From assembly GCA_051439425.1 (NCBI GenBank), contig JBFRWD010000138.1, positions 10,208 to 74,207 on the forward strand: DNA of 64,000 bases, in the 5' to 3' direction. The notes beneath the pieces are model-generated. The model made no database searches and was not told the DNA's origin. It saw nothing but the letters and a program-made list of their open reading frames with translations. Shown here piece after piece: positions 43,226 through 54,072 of this stretch (the first letter of the stretch is position 1; every line of letters starts with the position of its first letter). Origin of the DNA: Synechococcus sp. GTDB taxonomy: Bacteria > Cyanobacteriota > Cyanobacteriia > Thermostichales > PCC-7336. The position numbers and the translations under genes are program-made.

Positions 43226-44953
43226 ATGGACCGCGTGACAACTTCTGGCCCTGCGTCTTCTAAGAACGCGCTGTTTCAGCACTACGACGTTCGAGAAATT
43301 TCCCGATACTATCGATGGAGATTTCTACGAGTGTTCGCGCGAGCGCTGTCAGTATCTCTACGCTTGTTCGCGTTTTACACCGGCTTGCAATGCGATCGCC
43401 TGTTTCATCGCACCGGCCCCAAGCAAGTTCAACGACGTTCCATTCAATTGCGAGATCTGTTGACCAATTTAGGGCCAACGTTCATCAAAGTGGGTCAAGC
43501 CCTATCGACACGGGCCGACCTGGTGCGAGCAGACTACCTCGAAGAACTCACCAAATTACAAGATCAACTGCCTACCTTCCCCAACCGGATTGCTTTCGCC
43601 ATTATCGAACGGGAGCTGGGAGATGTAGTTGACGAAATCTATGCCTCGATGGACACCAGTCCTGTCGCAGCGGCTAGCTTGGGACAAGTCTATAAAGCTC
43701 GACTCAAATCCGGTGAAACCGTTGCGGTCAAGGTACAACGACCGAATCTGCGTAAGAACCTTACCCTCGACCTCTACATCATCCGCTGGATGTCCACATG
43801 GGTTTACCGTTGGCTACCGCTCAACCTTGGCCAGTCGCTAACCGAAGCAGTAGACGAGTTCGGCATCAAGCTATTTGAAGAAATTGACTATATCAACGAA
43901 GGCCAAAACTGCGAGCGATTCGCAAGCTATTTCAAAGATGACCCAGAGGTCTACGTCCCCAAAATCCACTGGCAGTACACCTCTCGTCGGGTACTCACCC
44001 TGGAATGGATTGACGGCATTAAACTGACCGATACTCCAGGTATCCGTTCTGCAGGGCTGGAAATTCAGAAGCTGATTCGCATCGGTGTGGAATCTTCCCT
44101 CAAGCAGCTACTTGAATACGGCTTCTTCCATGCCGATCCTCACCCCGGTAATTTGTTCGCACTGCGAGACGGTCGCTTGGCATTCATCGACTTCGGGATG
44201 ATGGACCAGCTGACCCAAGATCGCAAAGAACGACTGGTGGATGCCTTAGTTCATATGGTCAATCAAGATTACGCCAGCCTGTTTGAAGATTTCCAGTATC
44301 TGGAGTTCTTGACGGAGACCGTCGAGCCAGCGCCGATTGTAGATGCCATGCAGTTGATGCTGGACGACATCCTGAACGAGAAAGTCAAAGACTTCAATTT
44401 CAAGACAGCAACCGATCGCTTTGCTGGACTCGTTTACGAATATCCGTTCCGCGTCCCCCCTAATTTCGCCCTAATCATCCGCTCTCTTGTCACGTTGGAA
44501 GGGGTAGCCCTTAGCCTTTCCCCTGACTTCCGCATCATTGGCGTGGCCTATCCTTACGTAGCCCGCCGCTTGCTAACGGACGAGTCTCCCCAACTACGCC
44601 AACGCCTGCTAGAGGTGTTGTTCCGCGATGGCAAATTCCGCTGGCAGCGGTTGGAAAACTTGATTGATATTGCCCGAACCGATGGTAATGCCTTAAATCT
44701 GACCTCAACGGCGCGCGTTGCCGTGGGATATCTGATGTCAGATGAAGCGAGCGACCTGCGTCATCAAATTGTGACCGCCCTGACAGAAGACGATCGCCTG
44801 CACGTTGCAGAAGTCCAGCGATTGTGGGAACGCATTCAGCCTGAACTGACTCCCGAACAGCTCTTACAAGCCGCAACAGCCAGCATTCGCGATGCTCTCC
44901 CCGAAGCAGTGGTTGCTCCCATCGACCAACTCGCTCGCCTACTACCTCGCTAA
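43226..44953 (+). CDS. ABC1/UbiB atypical kinase
   Basis: LGPTFIKVGQ, AAASLGQV, VAVKVQRP, FFHADPHPGN, DFGMM. Confidence 0.94.
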   Translation: MDRVTTSGPASSKNALFQHYDVREISRYYRWRFLRVFARALSVSLRLFAFYTGLQCDRLFHRTGPKQVQRRSIQLRDLLTNLGPTFIKVGQALSTRADLVRADYLEELTKLQDQLPTFPNRIAFAIIERELGDVVDEIYASMDTSPVAAASLGQVYKARLKSGETVAVKVQRPNLRKNLTLDLYIIRWMSTWVYRWLPLNLGQSLTEAVDEFGIKLFEEIDYINEGQNCERFASYFKDDPEVYVPKIHWQYTSRRVLTLEWIDGIKLTDTPGIRSAGLEIQKLIRIGVESSLKQLLEYGFFHADPHPGNLFALRDGRLAFIDFGMMDQLTQDRKERLVDALVHMVNQDYASLFEDFQYLEFLTETVEPAPIVDAMQLMLDDILNEKVKDFNFKTATDRFAGLVYEYPFRVPPNFALIIRSLVTLEGVALSLSPDFRIIGVAYPYVARRLLTDESPQLRQRLLEVLFRDGKFRWQRLENLIDIARTDGNALNLTSTARVAVGYLMSDEASDLRHQIVTALTEDDRLHVAEVQRLWERIQPELTPEQLLQAATASIRDALPEAVVAPIDQLARLLPR

Positions 44954-45086
44954 TCGGGTGGGGAGCGGTGAGTACCAATCACGACGCCAATAGCAGCGGT
45001 AGCCTCGGCGTCACTGCCGCCATCTCTCTCGGGTGAGAGAAAGGTGACTGGTAGGATGGATTGGTTACTGCATTTCGGACAGGGTA

Positions 45087-45458
45087 GTGAGCGAAAATCG
45101 TTCTGACTTCTTTACGGGGTTAGTGGCTGGCGCATTCATGGGGGGAGTCGTTGGTGGTGTACTCGGTGCTGTACTGACCCAGCAGTTAGCACCCGGCAAA
45201 TCCAAATCCTCTCGCCGGCGTGAAAAATCTCGTCGAGCGCGTCGCAGCACCACCCGTCGTTTAGCCGCTACGGTAGATTCTCAAGAGCTTCTGGATGAAG
45301 TGCGTCAGGATGCCGATTTGGCAATTGCCGAAGCACGCCGCAGCCTAGAAGACAAAATTTCTCAACTGAATGCGGCGATTGAAGATACGCGTGCAAACTT
45401 CTTAACAACAGACGAAGCGCACAATGGAAGCGCTACCGAACTGCAGGATGCAGGATAA
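45087..45458 (+). CDS. Conserved cyanobacterial hypothetical protein (N-terminal Gly-rich TM, coiled coil)
   Basis: GLVAGAFMGGVVGGVLG; ARRSLEDKISQLNAAI; lies upstream of a YggT gene. Confidence 0.7.
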   Translation: MSENRSDFFTGLVAGAFMGGVVGGVLGAVLTQQLAPGKSKSSRRREKSRRARRSTTRRLAATVDSQELLDEVRQDADLAIAEARRSLEDKISQLNAAIEDTRANFLTTDEAHNGSATELQDAG

Positions 45459-45588
45459 GTCCAACCCCCTCTCATCTTGAAAGACAACGAGTTCTGGATT
45501 CAGAACCGCGATCGAAGCTATCCTGACAGCTAGAACAGTTCCGTAGCCACCCGGCTTTATTGACGTTGAAAAGAGGTCTCTCAGATTC

Positions 45589-45870
45589 ATGAACGCGCTC
45601 TACGTGTTAGGAACCATCGACCAGGTGCTTGTTCAAACTATCTCGATCTACTCATTTCTGTTGATTGTTCGGGTGCTGCTGACTTGGTTCCCCAATGTCA
45701 ACTGGTCTAACCCAATTTTGTCTGCATTGCGCCAGATTACCGACCCATATCTCAACTTATTCCGCTCGTTTGTCCCCACCTTTGGCGGCATGGATTTCTC
45801 CCCAATGCTGGCCATATTTGCGCTCCAGTTTCTCCAAAGAGCACTGGTTTCAGCCATTTACGCTTTCTAG
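45589..45870 (+). CDS. YggT/Ycf19 (YlmG) protein
   Basis: RVLLTWFPNVNW...ITDPYLNLFR...GMDFSP. Confidence 0.92.
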   Translation: MNALYVLGTIDQVLVQTISIYSFLLIVRVLLTWFPNVNWSNPILSALRQITDPYLNLFRSFVPTFGGMDFSPMLAIFALQFLQRALVSAIYAF

Positions 45871-45969
45871 ATATCAACGCGTTATCCAAGAAATGTTGAA
45901 GGCGACTTCTTTTGAGACAGTCGCCAAATTTGTTTTATTGCAAAAAAATGTCTGCCTGAGTGAATGCGG

Positions 45970-46401
45970 CTAGCGATTCACCATTCCTCGGAACCCCTTG
46001 GCCTTAAACTGCTTGAGCTGCAGGGGCAAAGGATTATTTGCTGGCACGCCAATTTGGATCGAGAACGTACTTGTACCAGGAGGTACTTCTTCAATCGCGC
46101 CTAACCGAGTACGTTCCGGCCAGACATCATTGCCGCTGCCGTCATAAATGCGGCCAAAAATATCGGCGTTATAAACCAAGCGATCGGTAGGGTTATCGAC
46201 TGTACCTTCAATCAGGAAGCACTGCACGGCAGCAGAGGACGCACCACTCATGGGCAGATTTTGATATTCGGGAGCATCCGGACAATCAACCGTATGCAGA
46301 TCACTCAGTTCCATCGGCACCTTGCCACCAAAGCCGAATAAGCAAATGGCGATCGCCGTTGCAAACAGTAGTTTGATGAATTGAGGGCAACGTGCCAGCA
46401 T
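45970..46401 (-). CDS. Conserved hypothetical exported protein
   Basis: N-terminal hydrophobic leader; ADIFGRIYD...RTRLG; directly downstream of the folate cyclo-ligase gene. Confidence 0.6.
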   Translation of the reverse strand: MLARCPQFIKLLFATAIAICLFGFGGKVPMELSDLHTVDCPDAPEYQNLPMSGASSAAVQCFLIEGTVDNPTDRLVYNADIFGRIYDGSGNDVWPERTRLGAIEEVPPGTSTFSIQIGVPANNPLPLQLKQFKAKGFRGMVNR

Positions 46402-46476
46402 TCCGAATTCCTGCTAGTTGAAAAGTAACGATCGAAAACGCGATCGGCGAGACTGGCCCCGCAGGCCGCTCAGTTT

Positions 46477-47109
46477 TTAGTGTAGGGGGAAACTCCCACT
46501 CTGTTGGGCGTTTTTCTCTGCCAGCCCTGGCTCCTGCACCCAAATGTCATCCTCAGTGACGATCGCCCCCAAATGTACATCCCACGACTCGTACGGCAAC
46601 TGAGTCTCAGACCAGCAAGCCGCAGGGATAACCCCTACCGTCAATGCATTCTGGAGGTGGGGGGAAGCCAAGCAGCGATCGTAAAATCCTCCTCCATATC
46701 CCAATCTCGTTCCCTGGCGATCGCAAGCAATCGCCGGTACTAAAACGATATCCACTAGCTCTAACGCAATAGACGGACAATTGGAGTCCGGTTCCAGAAC
46801 GCCCCACTGGGCTCTCTGCAGCGTGTCACCCAGCTGATAGACATGCCAATCCATCTGATACTGCGGCAATGTGCGCGGCAACCCCCACGTCTTATCGGGC
46901 CAGCTACGCATCAATGGAGACAGGTCAATCTCATCAAGCATCGCCCAATACGCGAGTATCGTTCGAGCCGTCTGCAGCAGGGGCCACCGGCGGAGGCGAT
47001 CGCAGATTTGTCGACTAATCTCCTCGCGATCGATAGACCTACGCACCTGTTTGAAATATCGGCGGCAATCCACCTTGGACGAGTAATCTGGAAGGTCGAG
47101 TTGAGACAT
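46477..47109 (-). CDS. 5-formyltetrahydrofolate cyclo-ligase
   Basis: VLVPAIACD..GTRLGYGGGFYDR; WDV. Confidence 0.93.
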   Translation of the reverse strand: MSQLDLPDYSSKVDCRRYFKQVRRSIDREEISRQICDRLRRWPLLQTARTILAYWAMLDEIDLSPLMRSWPDKTWGLPRTLPQYQMDWHVYQLGDTLQRAQWGVLEPDSNCPSIALELVDIVLVPAIACDRQGTRLGYGGGFYDRCLASPHLQNALTVGVIPAACWSETQLPYESWDVHLGAIVTEDDIWVQEPGLAEKNAQQSGSFPLH

Positions 47110-47179
47110 GACAACTTGGTCGGGACGCGAAACGTTGATAGCCTAATAAACTGTATGGTCGAATGGGAGTGGGGCAAGG

Positions 47180-48604
47180 GTGCATGTACAGGTGTTAGGC
47201 ATGGGCAAATCCGGCCTGGCTGCTGCCGAATTACTCTTGCATCAAGGACACTCTGTCTTGATATGCGACGAACGGGATAATGCATATCTGCAAGACCATC
47301 AATCCACTCTGGAAGCCAACGGAATCGAAGTTCAACTGGGGCAACCATTTGCCCCAGTGACAGGGATTGAGCAAATCATTGTCAGTCCGGGGGTGAACTG
47401 GCTCTTGCCCGCCTTGGAAACCGCCCGAGCTGATGGGATTGAAACGATTGGCGAAGCCGAATTAGCGTGGCGATCGCTCGGTACCATTCCGTGGATTGGC
47501 ATTACCGGCACCAATGGAAAAACGACCACTACAGCCCTAGTTGCCGCCATCCTAAACACTGCGGGGCTAGATGCACCGGCGTGCGGCAATATCGGCCTGC
47601 CTCTGTGCCAAGTAGCTCTCGACACTCTAAGGGGCGATCTCACCCCTGACTGGATTGTGGCCGAGCTTAGCAGCTATCAGTTGGAAGCGGCCTCTACACT
47701 AGCGCCCCAGATCGCCATTTGGACCACCCTCAGCGACGATCATCTAGCCCGTCACGGCACTCTAGAGCGCTACGCAGACATCAAAGCATCCCTCAGTCGA
47801 CGAGCTAAACAAGCCATTTTGAATGGAGATGATGACTACATTCGTAGCCAGCGACCGCAGTGGCCACAGGCATCATGGACATCATGCAGCGATCGCGAGG
47901 CAGAAACACACCTCGCCCCCTGCAAGGCTATCCAGTCTCCAGCAATCGCTCAGTCCTCTAACGGTACCTCCTCCTCTGCCAAAGAGCAGTCAGAGTGGGT
48001 ATGGCACAAAGGATCGGCTATTGTCCCTTTGACGGATTTCACTCTGCTCGGCCAGCACAATCACCAAAATCTGCTAATGGCCGTTGCTGCCGCCCGCCAC
48101 GCGGGCATCTCCACTCAAGATATTCAAACGGCAATCCGTACGTTCCCCCCAATGCCCCACCGTCTCCAGCCGGTGCAAGAATTAGCTGGAGTCACCTTCA
48201 TAAATGACAGCAAAGCCACCAACTACGATGCAGCCTTAGTTGGCCTCAACTCGGTGTCTGGACCTCTAGTCCTGATCGCTGGCGGCGATCCTAAAGTGGG
48301 AGACGGTAGTCATTGGTTCCGCACCATTCGCGACAAGGTGGGATCTGTAGTGCTAATCGGCAAAGCTGCCGAGCAATTTGCGGCTGGCCTGCAAGATTTT
48401 CAGTACACTAACTTTCAACTGGTGGAGGGGCTTGAAACCGCCGTGCCCATTGCGTTTAAGCGGGCTCGCGAAATTGCCCAGTCTGCGGCCTCCCCCACCG
48501 CTACTGTCCTTCTGTCTCCCGCCTGTGCCAGCTTCGATCAGTACGCCAACTTCGAACACCGAGGGGAGCATTTCCAACAATGCTGCCAGCAATTGGTCAT
48601 CTGA
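47180..48604 (+). CDS. murD: UDP-N-acetylmuramoyl-L-alanine:D-glutamate ligase
   Basis: GMGKSG, VSPG, ITGTNGKTTT, ELSSYQL, NDSKATN, LSPACASFD. Confidence 0.96.
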   Translation: MHVQVLGMGKSGLAAAELLLHQGHSVLICDERDNAYLQDHQSTLEANGIEVQLGQPFAPVTGIEQIIVSPGVNWLLPALETARADGIETIGEAELAWRSLGTIPWIGITGTNGKTTTTALVAAILNTAGLDAPACGNIGLPLCQVALDTLRGDLTPDWIVAELSSYQLEAASTLAPQIAIWTTLSDDHLARHGTLERYADIKASLSRRAKQAILNGDDDYIRSQRPQWPQASWTSCSDREAETHLAPCKAIQSPAIAQSSNGTSSSAKEQSEWVWHKGSAIVPLTDFTLLGQHNHQNLLMAVAAARHAGISTQDIQTAIRTFPPMPHRLQPVQELAGVTFINDSKATNYDAALVGLNSVSGPLVLIAGGDPKVGDGSHWFRTIRDKVGSVVLIGKAAEQFAAGLQDFQYTNFQLVEGLETAVPIAFKRAREIAQSAASPTATVLLSPACASFDQYANFEHRGEHFQQCCQQLVI

Positions 48605-49796
48605 GGCTCGGTGGCTGCAATCGCTCACCCTATTATGGCTGGGCTTAGGCTTGCTAGCATTGGCATCAGCGTCGCTCCCCGATGCTCAAGCAACCCATAG
48701 CGATGGTCTCTACTTCTTCAAGCGACAGCTAGGGTTCGCCATGATGGGCTTGGGCTGCATGGCTGTCATTACCCGCATTGAAATGCAGCACTGGTTCAAA
48801 GCCTGCGGGGTGCTGTACATTGCAGCCCTCCTGTTAGTCCTGGCAACTCACACGGGGCTGGGGGTCACCATTAACGGTGCTAGCCGCTGGCTGCAACTGG
48901 GCATGACGGTACAGCCCTCCGAATTTCTCAAGCCACTCCTGATCCTGCAGGCCGCCGTTGTATTTGGTCAGTGGTATACCTCCCCTGCATGGTATCGAGC
49001 CCTATGGATTGGCTTATTTGGGATGGGGATGGGGGCAGTTCTCACTCAGCCGGATTTAGGAACAACAGCCATCTGTGGCATGACATTATGGCTGATGGCG
49101 TTTGTGGGAGGAGTGACCTTCCGCATGTTGTTTTCAACGGTATTGTTGGGGGCATCTACAGCTGCTCTGAGCATCTTCCTGAATCCGTACCAGTGGGATC
49201 GCGTCAAAGCTCTCTTTCTACCCACAGCGGAAGCGCAGGCAGAAAATTATCAAGTCATCCAAAGCTTGATCGCTATTGGGTCGGGAGGCATTTGGGGGCT
49301 GGGGTTTGGCTTATCCCATCAGAAGCTGCACTACTTGCCTATCCAATACACCGATTTTATTTTTTCTGTCTACGCTGAAGAATTTGGCGCTGTGGGCACA
49401 ATTGGCTTCATCGTTCTGCTGGTCGCTTTCACAATCTTGGCGCTGAGAGTAGCGGATCTGTGTACCGATCTGCGATTGCGGCTGGTGGCTTACGGCTGTT
49501 TGTTTCTGCTGGTGGGACAAGCGGCCATCAATATTGGTGTGGTCGTCAGCTTGCTACCCACTACTGGTGTGACGCTGCCGTTATTTAGCTATGGCGGTAG
49601 TTCCATTTTGGCCAGTATTGTCTCGGCAGGCTTCTTGATCCGAGTGGCACGTGAATGTCGACGAACCCATACAACCTCTATCGATCGTAATCCTCAACCC
49701 GACCGAGTCAAGCCACCGACAATCGCCGATCGCATGCGCATTCTCCCCGGCAAGGCTCCTCATCAAGATACGGTCTCCGAGCAGCAACCTTTATAG
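48525..49796 (+). CDS. ftsW: SEDS peptidoglycan polymerase FtsW
   Basis: NGASRW, QPSEFLK, QPDLGT, GSGG, TDFIF, PTTGVTLPLFSYGGSS; start inferred at GTG 48525 inside murD. Confidence 0.88.
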   Translation: MPASISTPTSNTEGSISNNAASNWSSEARWLQSLTLLWLGLGLLALASASLPDAQATHSDGLYFFKRQLGFAMMGLGCMAVITRIEMQHWFKACGVLYIAALLLVLATHTGLGVTINGASRWLQLGMTVQPSEFLKPLLILQAAVVFGQWYTSPAWYRALWIGLFGMGMGAVLTQPDLGTTAICGMTLWLMAFVGGVTFRMLFSTVLLGASTAALSIFLNPYQWDRVKALFLPTAEAQAENYQVIQSLIAIGSGGIWGLGFGLSHQKLHYLPIQYTDFIFSVYAEEFGAVGTIGFIVLLVAFTILALRVADLCTDLRLRLVAYGCLFLLVGQAAINIGVVVSLLPTTGVTLPLFSYGGSSILASIVSAGFLIRVARECRRTHTTSIDRNPQPDRVKPPTIADRMRILPGKAPHQDTVSEQQPL

Positions 49797-49850
49797 TTCC
49801 GACCTTTGCACCAATAAAGAGTGACAGCTGAGGCTACATGGAATCGAGCA

Positions 49851-50351
49851 CTAAGCCGATGTGACGGCCAAAGATCGATCGCAGCGGTTGTACCAGACCG
49901 TCAGCGCGATCGCCAAACCGTCGGCGGCATCATCCGGGCGGGGAATCGTCTCCAGTCGTAGCTCTCGTGTCACCGCCTCTTGAACCGCTAACTTATCGGC
50001 ACTGCCGTAGCCGGTCAAAGCCTGCTTAATTTGGGCAGGAGTATATTCAGTCGGGGCAAACCCGTGCTGGGCCAGTGCCAGCAGAATCACCCCTCTAGCC
50101 TGCGCCACCAGAATCGTATTGCCCATACGGTAAAAGAACAGTTTTTCAATCCCTACCCAATCGGGCTGGAACTCAGTCAGCAGCGTGTTCAAATCCTGGT
50201 AAAGAATATCGAGTCGAGTAGGAACGGGAGTCTTTTTAGGGGTCGATATAATGCCGCACTCCAACATGTCGATGTCGCGATCGTCGTCAGCAGCAATCAA
50301 CCCGAATCCCATTGTTCCCATACCGGGGTCGATTCCCAGAATTCGCACCAT
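49851..50351 (-). CDS. ruvC: Holliday junction resolvase
   Basis: [26 protein letters not shown]. Confidence 0.96.
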   Translation of the reverse strand: MVRILGIDPGMGTMGFGLIAADDDRDIDMLECGIISTPKKTPVPTRLDILYQDLNTLLTEFQPDWVGIEKLFFYRMGNTILVAQARGVILLALAQHGFAPTEYTPAQIKQALTGYGSADKLAVQEAVTRELRLETIPRPDDAADGLAIALTVWYNRCDRSLAVTSA

Positions 50352-50402
50352 GACACCCAACCCCGATCTACCCTCAGCCCATTAAACTCGGGATTAAACC
50401 AA

Positions 50403-50915
50403 CTAGCTGGATGGAGACTTTTGGGGAGCTATCCCGGGGGCAACGTACAACCACCCCGACCACAATGTCAGGCCCACCGCTAGCCAAAAGCAGAGTTGTC
50501 CTCCGGGTAAACGGGCGATCAGCAGGGCGATCGCCACAATTTGCACCACAGTCTTGCTTTTACCCCACCAGTTGGCTCCAGACACCTGCCGTTGCTGACT
50601 GCGCCAGCCAGAAATAGCTAGCTCCCTCGCCAACATGAGAAATAGCCCCCAAGCAGGAATCTGCTGCTGTTGCACCAGACACAGCAATGGCGCTAATGTC
50701 AGCAGTTTATCTACTAGCGGATCGAGCAATTTTCCCAAATCGGTCACTTGATTGAGCTTGCGAGCCAAGTAGCCATCCAGCCAATCCGTCCCTGCCCCGA
50801 TTAAGAACGCAACTAATGCAGCTATTCGCCAGACAGGAGTATCCAACGTCAGCCCCACCAGAATAATGGGGACAACAAACAAGCGGGAAACGGTGATCCA
50901 AGTGGGCAGGTTCAT
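50403..50915 (-). CDS. pgsA: Phosphatidylglycerophosphate synthase
   Basis: MNLPTWIT, TDWLDGYLARK...GKLLDPLVDK. Confidence 0.94.
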   Translation of the reverse strand: MNLPTWITVSRLFVVPIILVGLTLDTPVWRIAALVAFLIGAGTDWLDGYLARKLNQVTDLGKLLDPLVDKLLTLAPLLCLVQQQQIPAWGLFLMLARELAISGWRSQQRQVSGANWWGKSKTVVQIVAIALLIARLPGGQLCFWLAVGLTLWSGWLYVAPGIAPQKSPSS

Positions 50916-51074
50916 AAAGCAGCAGACAGGGGAATCAGCCCTCGGCAAGCCGAAAGCATTATTATTTCGAGTCTAAAGCTCTCGCGGGCGAGATATCCCA
51001 ATCCAGAGCGGAGCATTTTGCCCAAGCAGGCTCAACAGACAACGGCCATCAAGACAACCATTAAAGCTTCACGC

Positions 51075-52103
51075 TTACTCTTCTTCAGGCAGAGTGAGTT
51101 GCGTCAGAGTACTGCGACCGGCGACGCTAAACGTCTTCGTAGCCCAATTGGCTTGGCCGGTCGATCCCACTACATTCAAATCTTGATCGGGTTGCAGGTA
51201 ACGCACATTGCCAAACGCCTGCGTAATATCGCTGCCAATCACCCATTCCGCCCGATCGGTCCACAGTTGAGCACCATCAGTTTCAGACAGCGCATAGACG
51301 TTACCGGAGATGGTCAACAGGTTAGTCGGAATATCGAGCGACAGGGTTTCCCCCTGCATCCGTACCGATTCCCCTTGGTGGAAAACATCAATATTTCCAC
51401 GAGCGGTCACGACTTCTGCCGCCAAATCCCACTCCACCTCCAACATGGATAGTTCGAGAGGAGGCTCGCTCGACACTGCCAGGAGCGGCTCTTCGTCGTC
51501 GTCATTCGCTAGGCTAATGGTATTCGCCGACAAATCAGCAGTCAGCCGATCGCCCGTCAGCTCAATCTCGTTCTCCTGCTCGGTAATGATGACATTGCCC
51601 ACCGCGGTCAGGATATTATCTTCCGGCAACCACGCGGCGCGATCGGAGGACAAGTCCAAATTCAGATGAGGTGCATCCGCCGTCACATCTTCCTCAAGCT
51701 CCATGCGCTGCTCCCCCGGCAGCACAATTCCAGACTTCGCTGCGATAAAAATTGTGTCCCCGGCCTCGTCATAGATGACACCAGATACATCAGATAGTTG
51801 GGCCGATTCTCCACCATCCCCATAACGAGCGGTGGCGGCATTCAATTCCCACAGCAGATCGCCATCTTCATTAGTTTCAGTCAGTGTCAGATCTTCGTAC
51901 ACTAAGCCGCTGGCATCGTCATCCTCTGACGCTTCAGTGGCCTGAGTATCAGACGTATTCCGATTACCACCACCACAGGAGGCAAGCAGAGCCATCAGAG
52001 TAAGGCCAATCACCGAAGTTTTCAGGCAATCCCAGCCAGTTTTAGAGCAAGCAACAAGTAACTTAGGTCGATGAGGGGAAGCTGTAAGCCGGGGAACAGT
52101 CAT
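51075..52103 (-). CDS. LptC-like LPS export protein (repeated beta-jellyroll, lipobox)
   Basis: LLAS|C lipobox; LTLTE..G.LLWELNA; repeated A.GNV strands; ATG overlaps the upstream stop. Confidence 0.75.
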   Translation of the reverse strand: MTVPRLTASPHRPKLLVACSKTGWDCLKTSVIGLTLMALLASCGGGNRNTSDTQATEASEDDDASGLVYEDLTLTETNEDGDLLWELNAATARYGDGGESAQLSDVSGVIYDEAGDTIFIAAKSGIVLPGEQRMELEEDVTADAPHLNLDLSSDRAAWLPEDNILTAVGNVIITEQENEIELTGDRLTADLSANTISLANDDDEEPLLAVSSEPPLELSMLEVEWDLAAEVVTARGNIDVFHQGESVRMQGETLSLDIPTNLLTISGNVYALSETDGAQLWTDRAEWVIGSDITQAFGNVRYLQPDQDLNVVGSTGQANWATKTFSVAGRSTLTQLTLPEEE

Positions 52104-53095
52104 TGTGCAGACCCTCGCTGAGACGGAGAAGGGGGCAGGGAAAGCTGACCGGTTTGTTTCCACTCCCGATAGGCTTCGTAGACTCCCTGGACGTTATACC
52201 AATTGAGAAAACAGACGCGGCAAAGCTCCAGAGCGAGTCCTGCCTGGCCGCGTGCCACGAGCCACTCTAACGCCGGACGTATGCGATGCTCGTTTAAGAA
52301 TCCCCCCAAAGACAACAGCCCCCAGAGAATTTTGTGCAGCGGAGTCATTTGAATCATCAACCGCACATCCCACGTGGGGTGCTTTTGGTAGAACAACACT
52401 CCCATGCGTCCCCGCTGCCATTCACGGTCGATTAAATAGGGAATGCGATCGAGGGTGAATTTAGGATTCCAGTGGTAGCCCGCAGCTTCAGGGGATTTCA
52501 CCATGCGGATGCCAATATCTTTTAATCGCACCCCTAGCTCCAAATCTTCCCAGCCGTACAATTGGAAGCGGGTGTCGAAAGGGCCGTCTGGAGTTTCTGC
52601 AACTTCATCCAGCCAATGACGGGCGATCGCCACATTACCGGTCGCGAAAAAAGCGGCAGAGAAATCCGTTGGTTTGAAGGGTTCGGCACGGGGGTCGTCA
52701 AAGTTACTGGTGTTGATGACGCGACCGTAGACAAAAATTTTGGCTGGCTGCGATGACGTGTCGCTGGCATTGTGACGGAGAACCGCCGCATGGGCAGCCA
52801 GAAAGTTATCCACCACCACCAAGTCGCTGTCGATGAAGACAACCGTGTCCCCCTGCGACTTAGTCACTCCTAAATTGCGTGCAGCGGCTGGCCCGCAATG
52901 ATCCTGAATGTACCAACTCACCCGCTCCAGTCCGGCCGATTCTAACCATGCAATTGTGTCATCGGTCGATCCATCATCGACCACGATCACTTCATAGTCG
53001 TCGTAGCCTCCTGGCTCCTGCTGAGAAATTGCCCGCAGGCATTTCTGCAAGATCGGAAGGCGATTGTAGGTGGGGATGACCACGCTGAAAAACAC
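52100..53095 (-). CDS. Glycosyltransferase family 2
   Basis: SVVIPTYNR, VVDDGSTD, GPAAARN, FIDSD, GWEDLE. Confidence 0.92.
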   Translation of the reverse strand: MFFSVVIPTYNRLPILQKCLRAISQQEPGGYDDYEVIVVDDGSTDDTIAWLESAGLERVSWYIQDHCGPAAARNLGVTKSQGDTVVFIDSDLVVVDNFLAAHAAVLRHNASDTSSQPAKIFVYGRVINTSNFDDPRAEPFKPTDFSAAFFATGNVAIARHWLDEVAETPDGPFDTRFQLYGWEDLELGVRLKDIGIRMVKSPEAAGYHWNPKFTLDRIPYLIDREWQRGRMGVLFYQKHPTWDVRLMIQMTPLHKILWGLLSLGGFLNEHRIRPALEWLVARGQAGLALELCRVCFLNWYNVQGVYEAYREWKQTGQLSLPPSPSQRGSAQ

Positions 53096-53167
53096 GGGGA
53101 TCGACCTCTGCGGAGGGGGGAATCGGGATCGAGGGTATCGCTGATGTCACTGCACTGAGATTGAAGA

Positions 53168-53974
53168 CTAGCGATCGCCTGGTAACCACTGTATCTCTAC
53201 CCTATCGTCACACTGCACGTGCAATTGGTCTCTAGCGTTTCCGCCATTGACAGCCAGCTCGATCCAACCATGACTGCCAACAAGTGCCACAACCTCTCCC
53301 TCCGCCACATCGCCATACGTCAATCCTCCAGGCACAGTGCGATCATTTGCGATCGCCACCCACTGTTCTCCAGCTGCCAATTCATCTACTAGCTCGCCCG
53401 GAATATTGGTAATCAGATTGCCGAAGCGATCGCAGGCCTGAACAATGCCCTCCAAACACGTCTCCGTTTTTTGCACTCGTGGAATAGGACGAAGCATTAA
53501 AGTTGCCGGATCGATGGGCGACCCCACTTGCAAAAGGGAGACACCAGCAGCCAAATGGGCACCCACCGGTGCAAAGATGTCGCGTCCATGAAATGTTCGA
53601 CTGGGACAAGGCACCCGCCAGTAGTCGGGGTTATTCAGCTCGACTGCAGCCTTTGCAGGAAAGCGATCGCACACCTGACTCAGCAATCCGTTATCCGGTA
53701 CGACAAAGATGCCGCATTCGCACTCCACAGCAACCGCTCGTCGCGCCCCTCCCACCCCCGGATCGATCACCGCCACATGTACCGTGTTGTAGGGAAAATA
53801 AGGCACTGCGTTAGCCAACTGGAATCCTCCGGAGGCAACATCTTGGGCGGAGATGGCATGGGTTAGATCCACAACCATCACCTTGGGAGCGATCGCCGCA
53901 ATGACCCCCTTCATCACGCCAACGTAGACGTCTTGCCAGCCAAAGTCGCTTAGAAGGGTAATGACAGCACTCAT
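53168..53974 (-). CDS. DUF62 SAM hydroxide adenosyltransferase family
   Basis: LLSDFG, VIDPGVG, TFHGRDIFAP, DRFGNLITN. Confidence 0.9.
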   Translation of the reverse strand: MSAVITLLSDFGWQDVYVGVMKGVIAAIAPKVMVVDLTHAISAQDVASGGFQLANAVPYFPYNTVHVAVIDPGVGGARRAVAVECECGIFVVPDNGLLSQVCDRFPAKAAVELNNPDYWRVPCPSRTFHGRDIFAPVGAHLAAGVSLLQVGSPIDPATLMLRPIPRVQKTETCLEGIVQACDRFGNLITNIPGELVDELAAGEQWVAIANDRTVPGGLTYGDVAEGEVVALVGSHGWIELAVNGGNARDQLHVQCDDRVEIQWLPGDR

Positions 53975-54072
53975 GTTCTACAAAGCCTCTGCGAAACATT
54001 AACCTTCCTAAGATCTGGCAATCTCTCAAGATGTGGCAATCTCGACAGACCTTAGCCTAGTCCCAAGTCCGG

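Noticed and set aside
47110..47179. 6S RNA upstream of the 5-formyl-THF cyclo-ligase gene
   Set aside because: Only about 70 bp separate it from the divergent murD, leaving no room
53168..53974. Fluorinase or chlorinase
   Set aside because: The TFHGRD motif fits the common DUF62 hydroxide adenosyltransferases, and there is no biosynthetic cluster nearby
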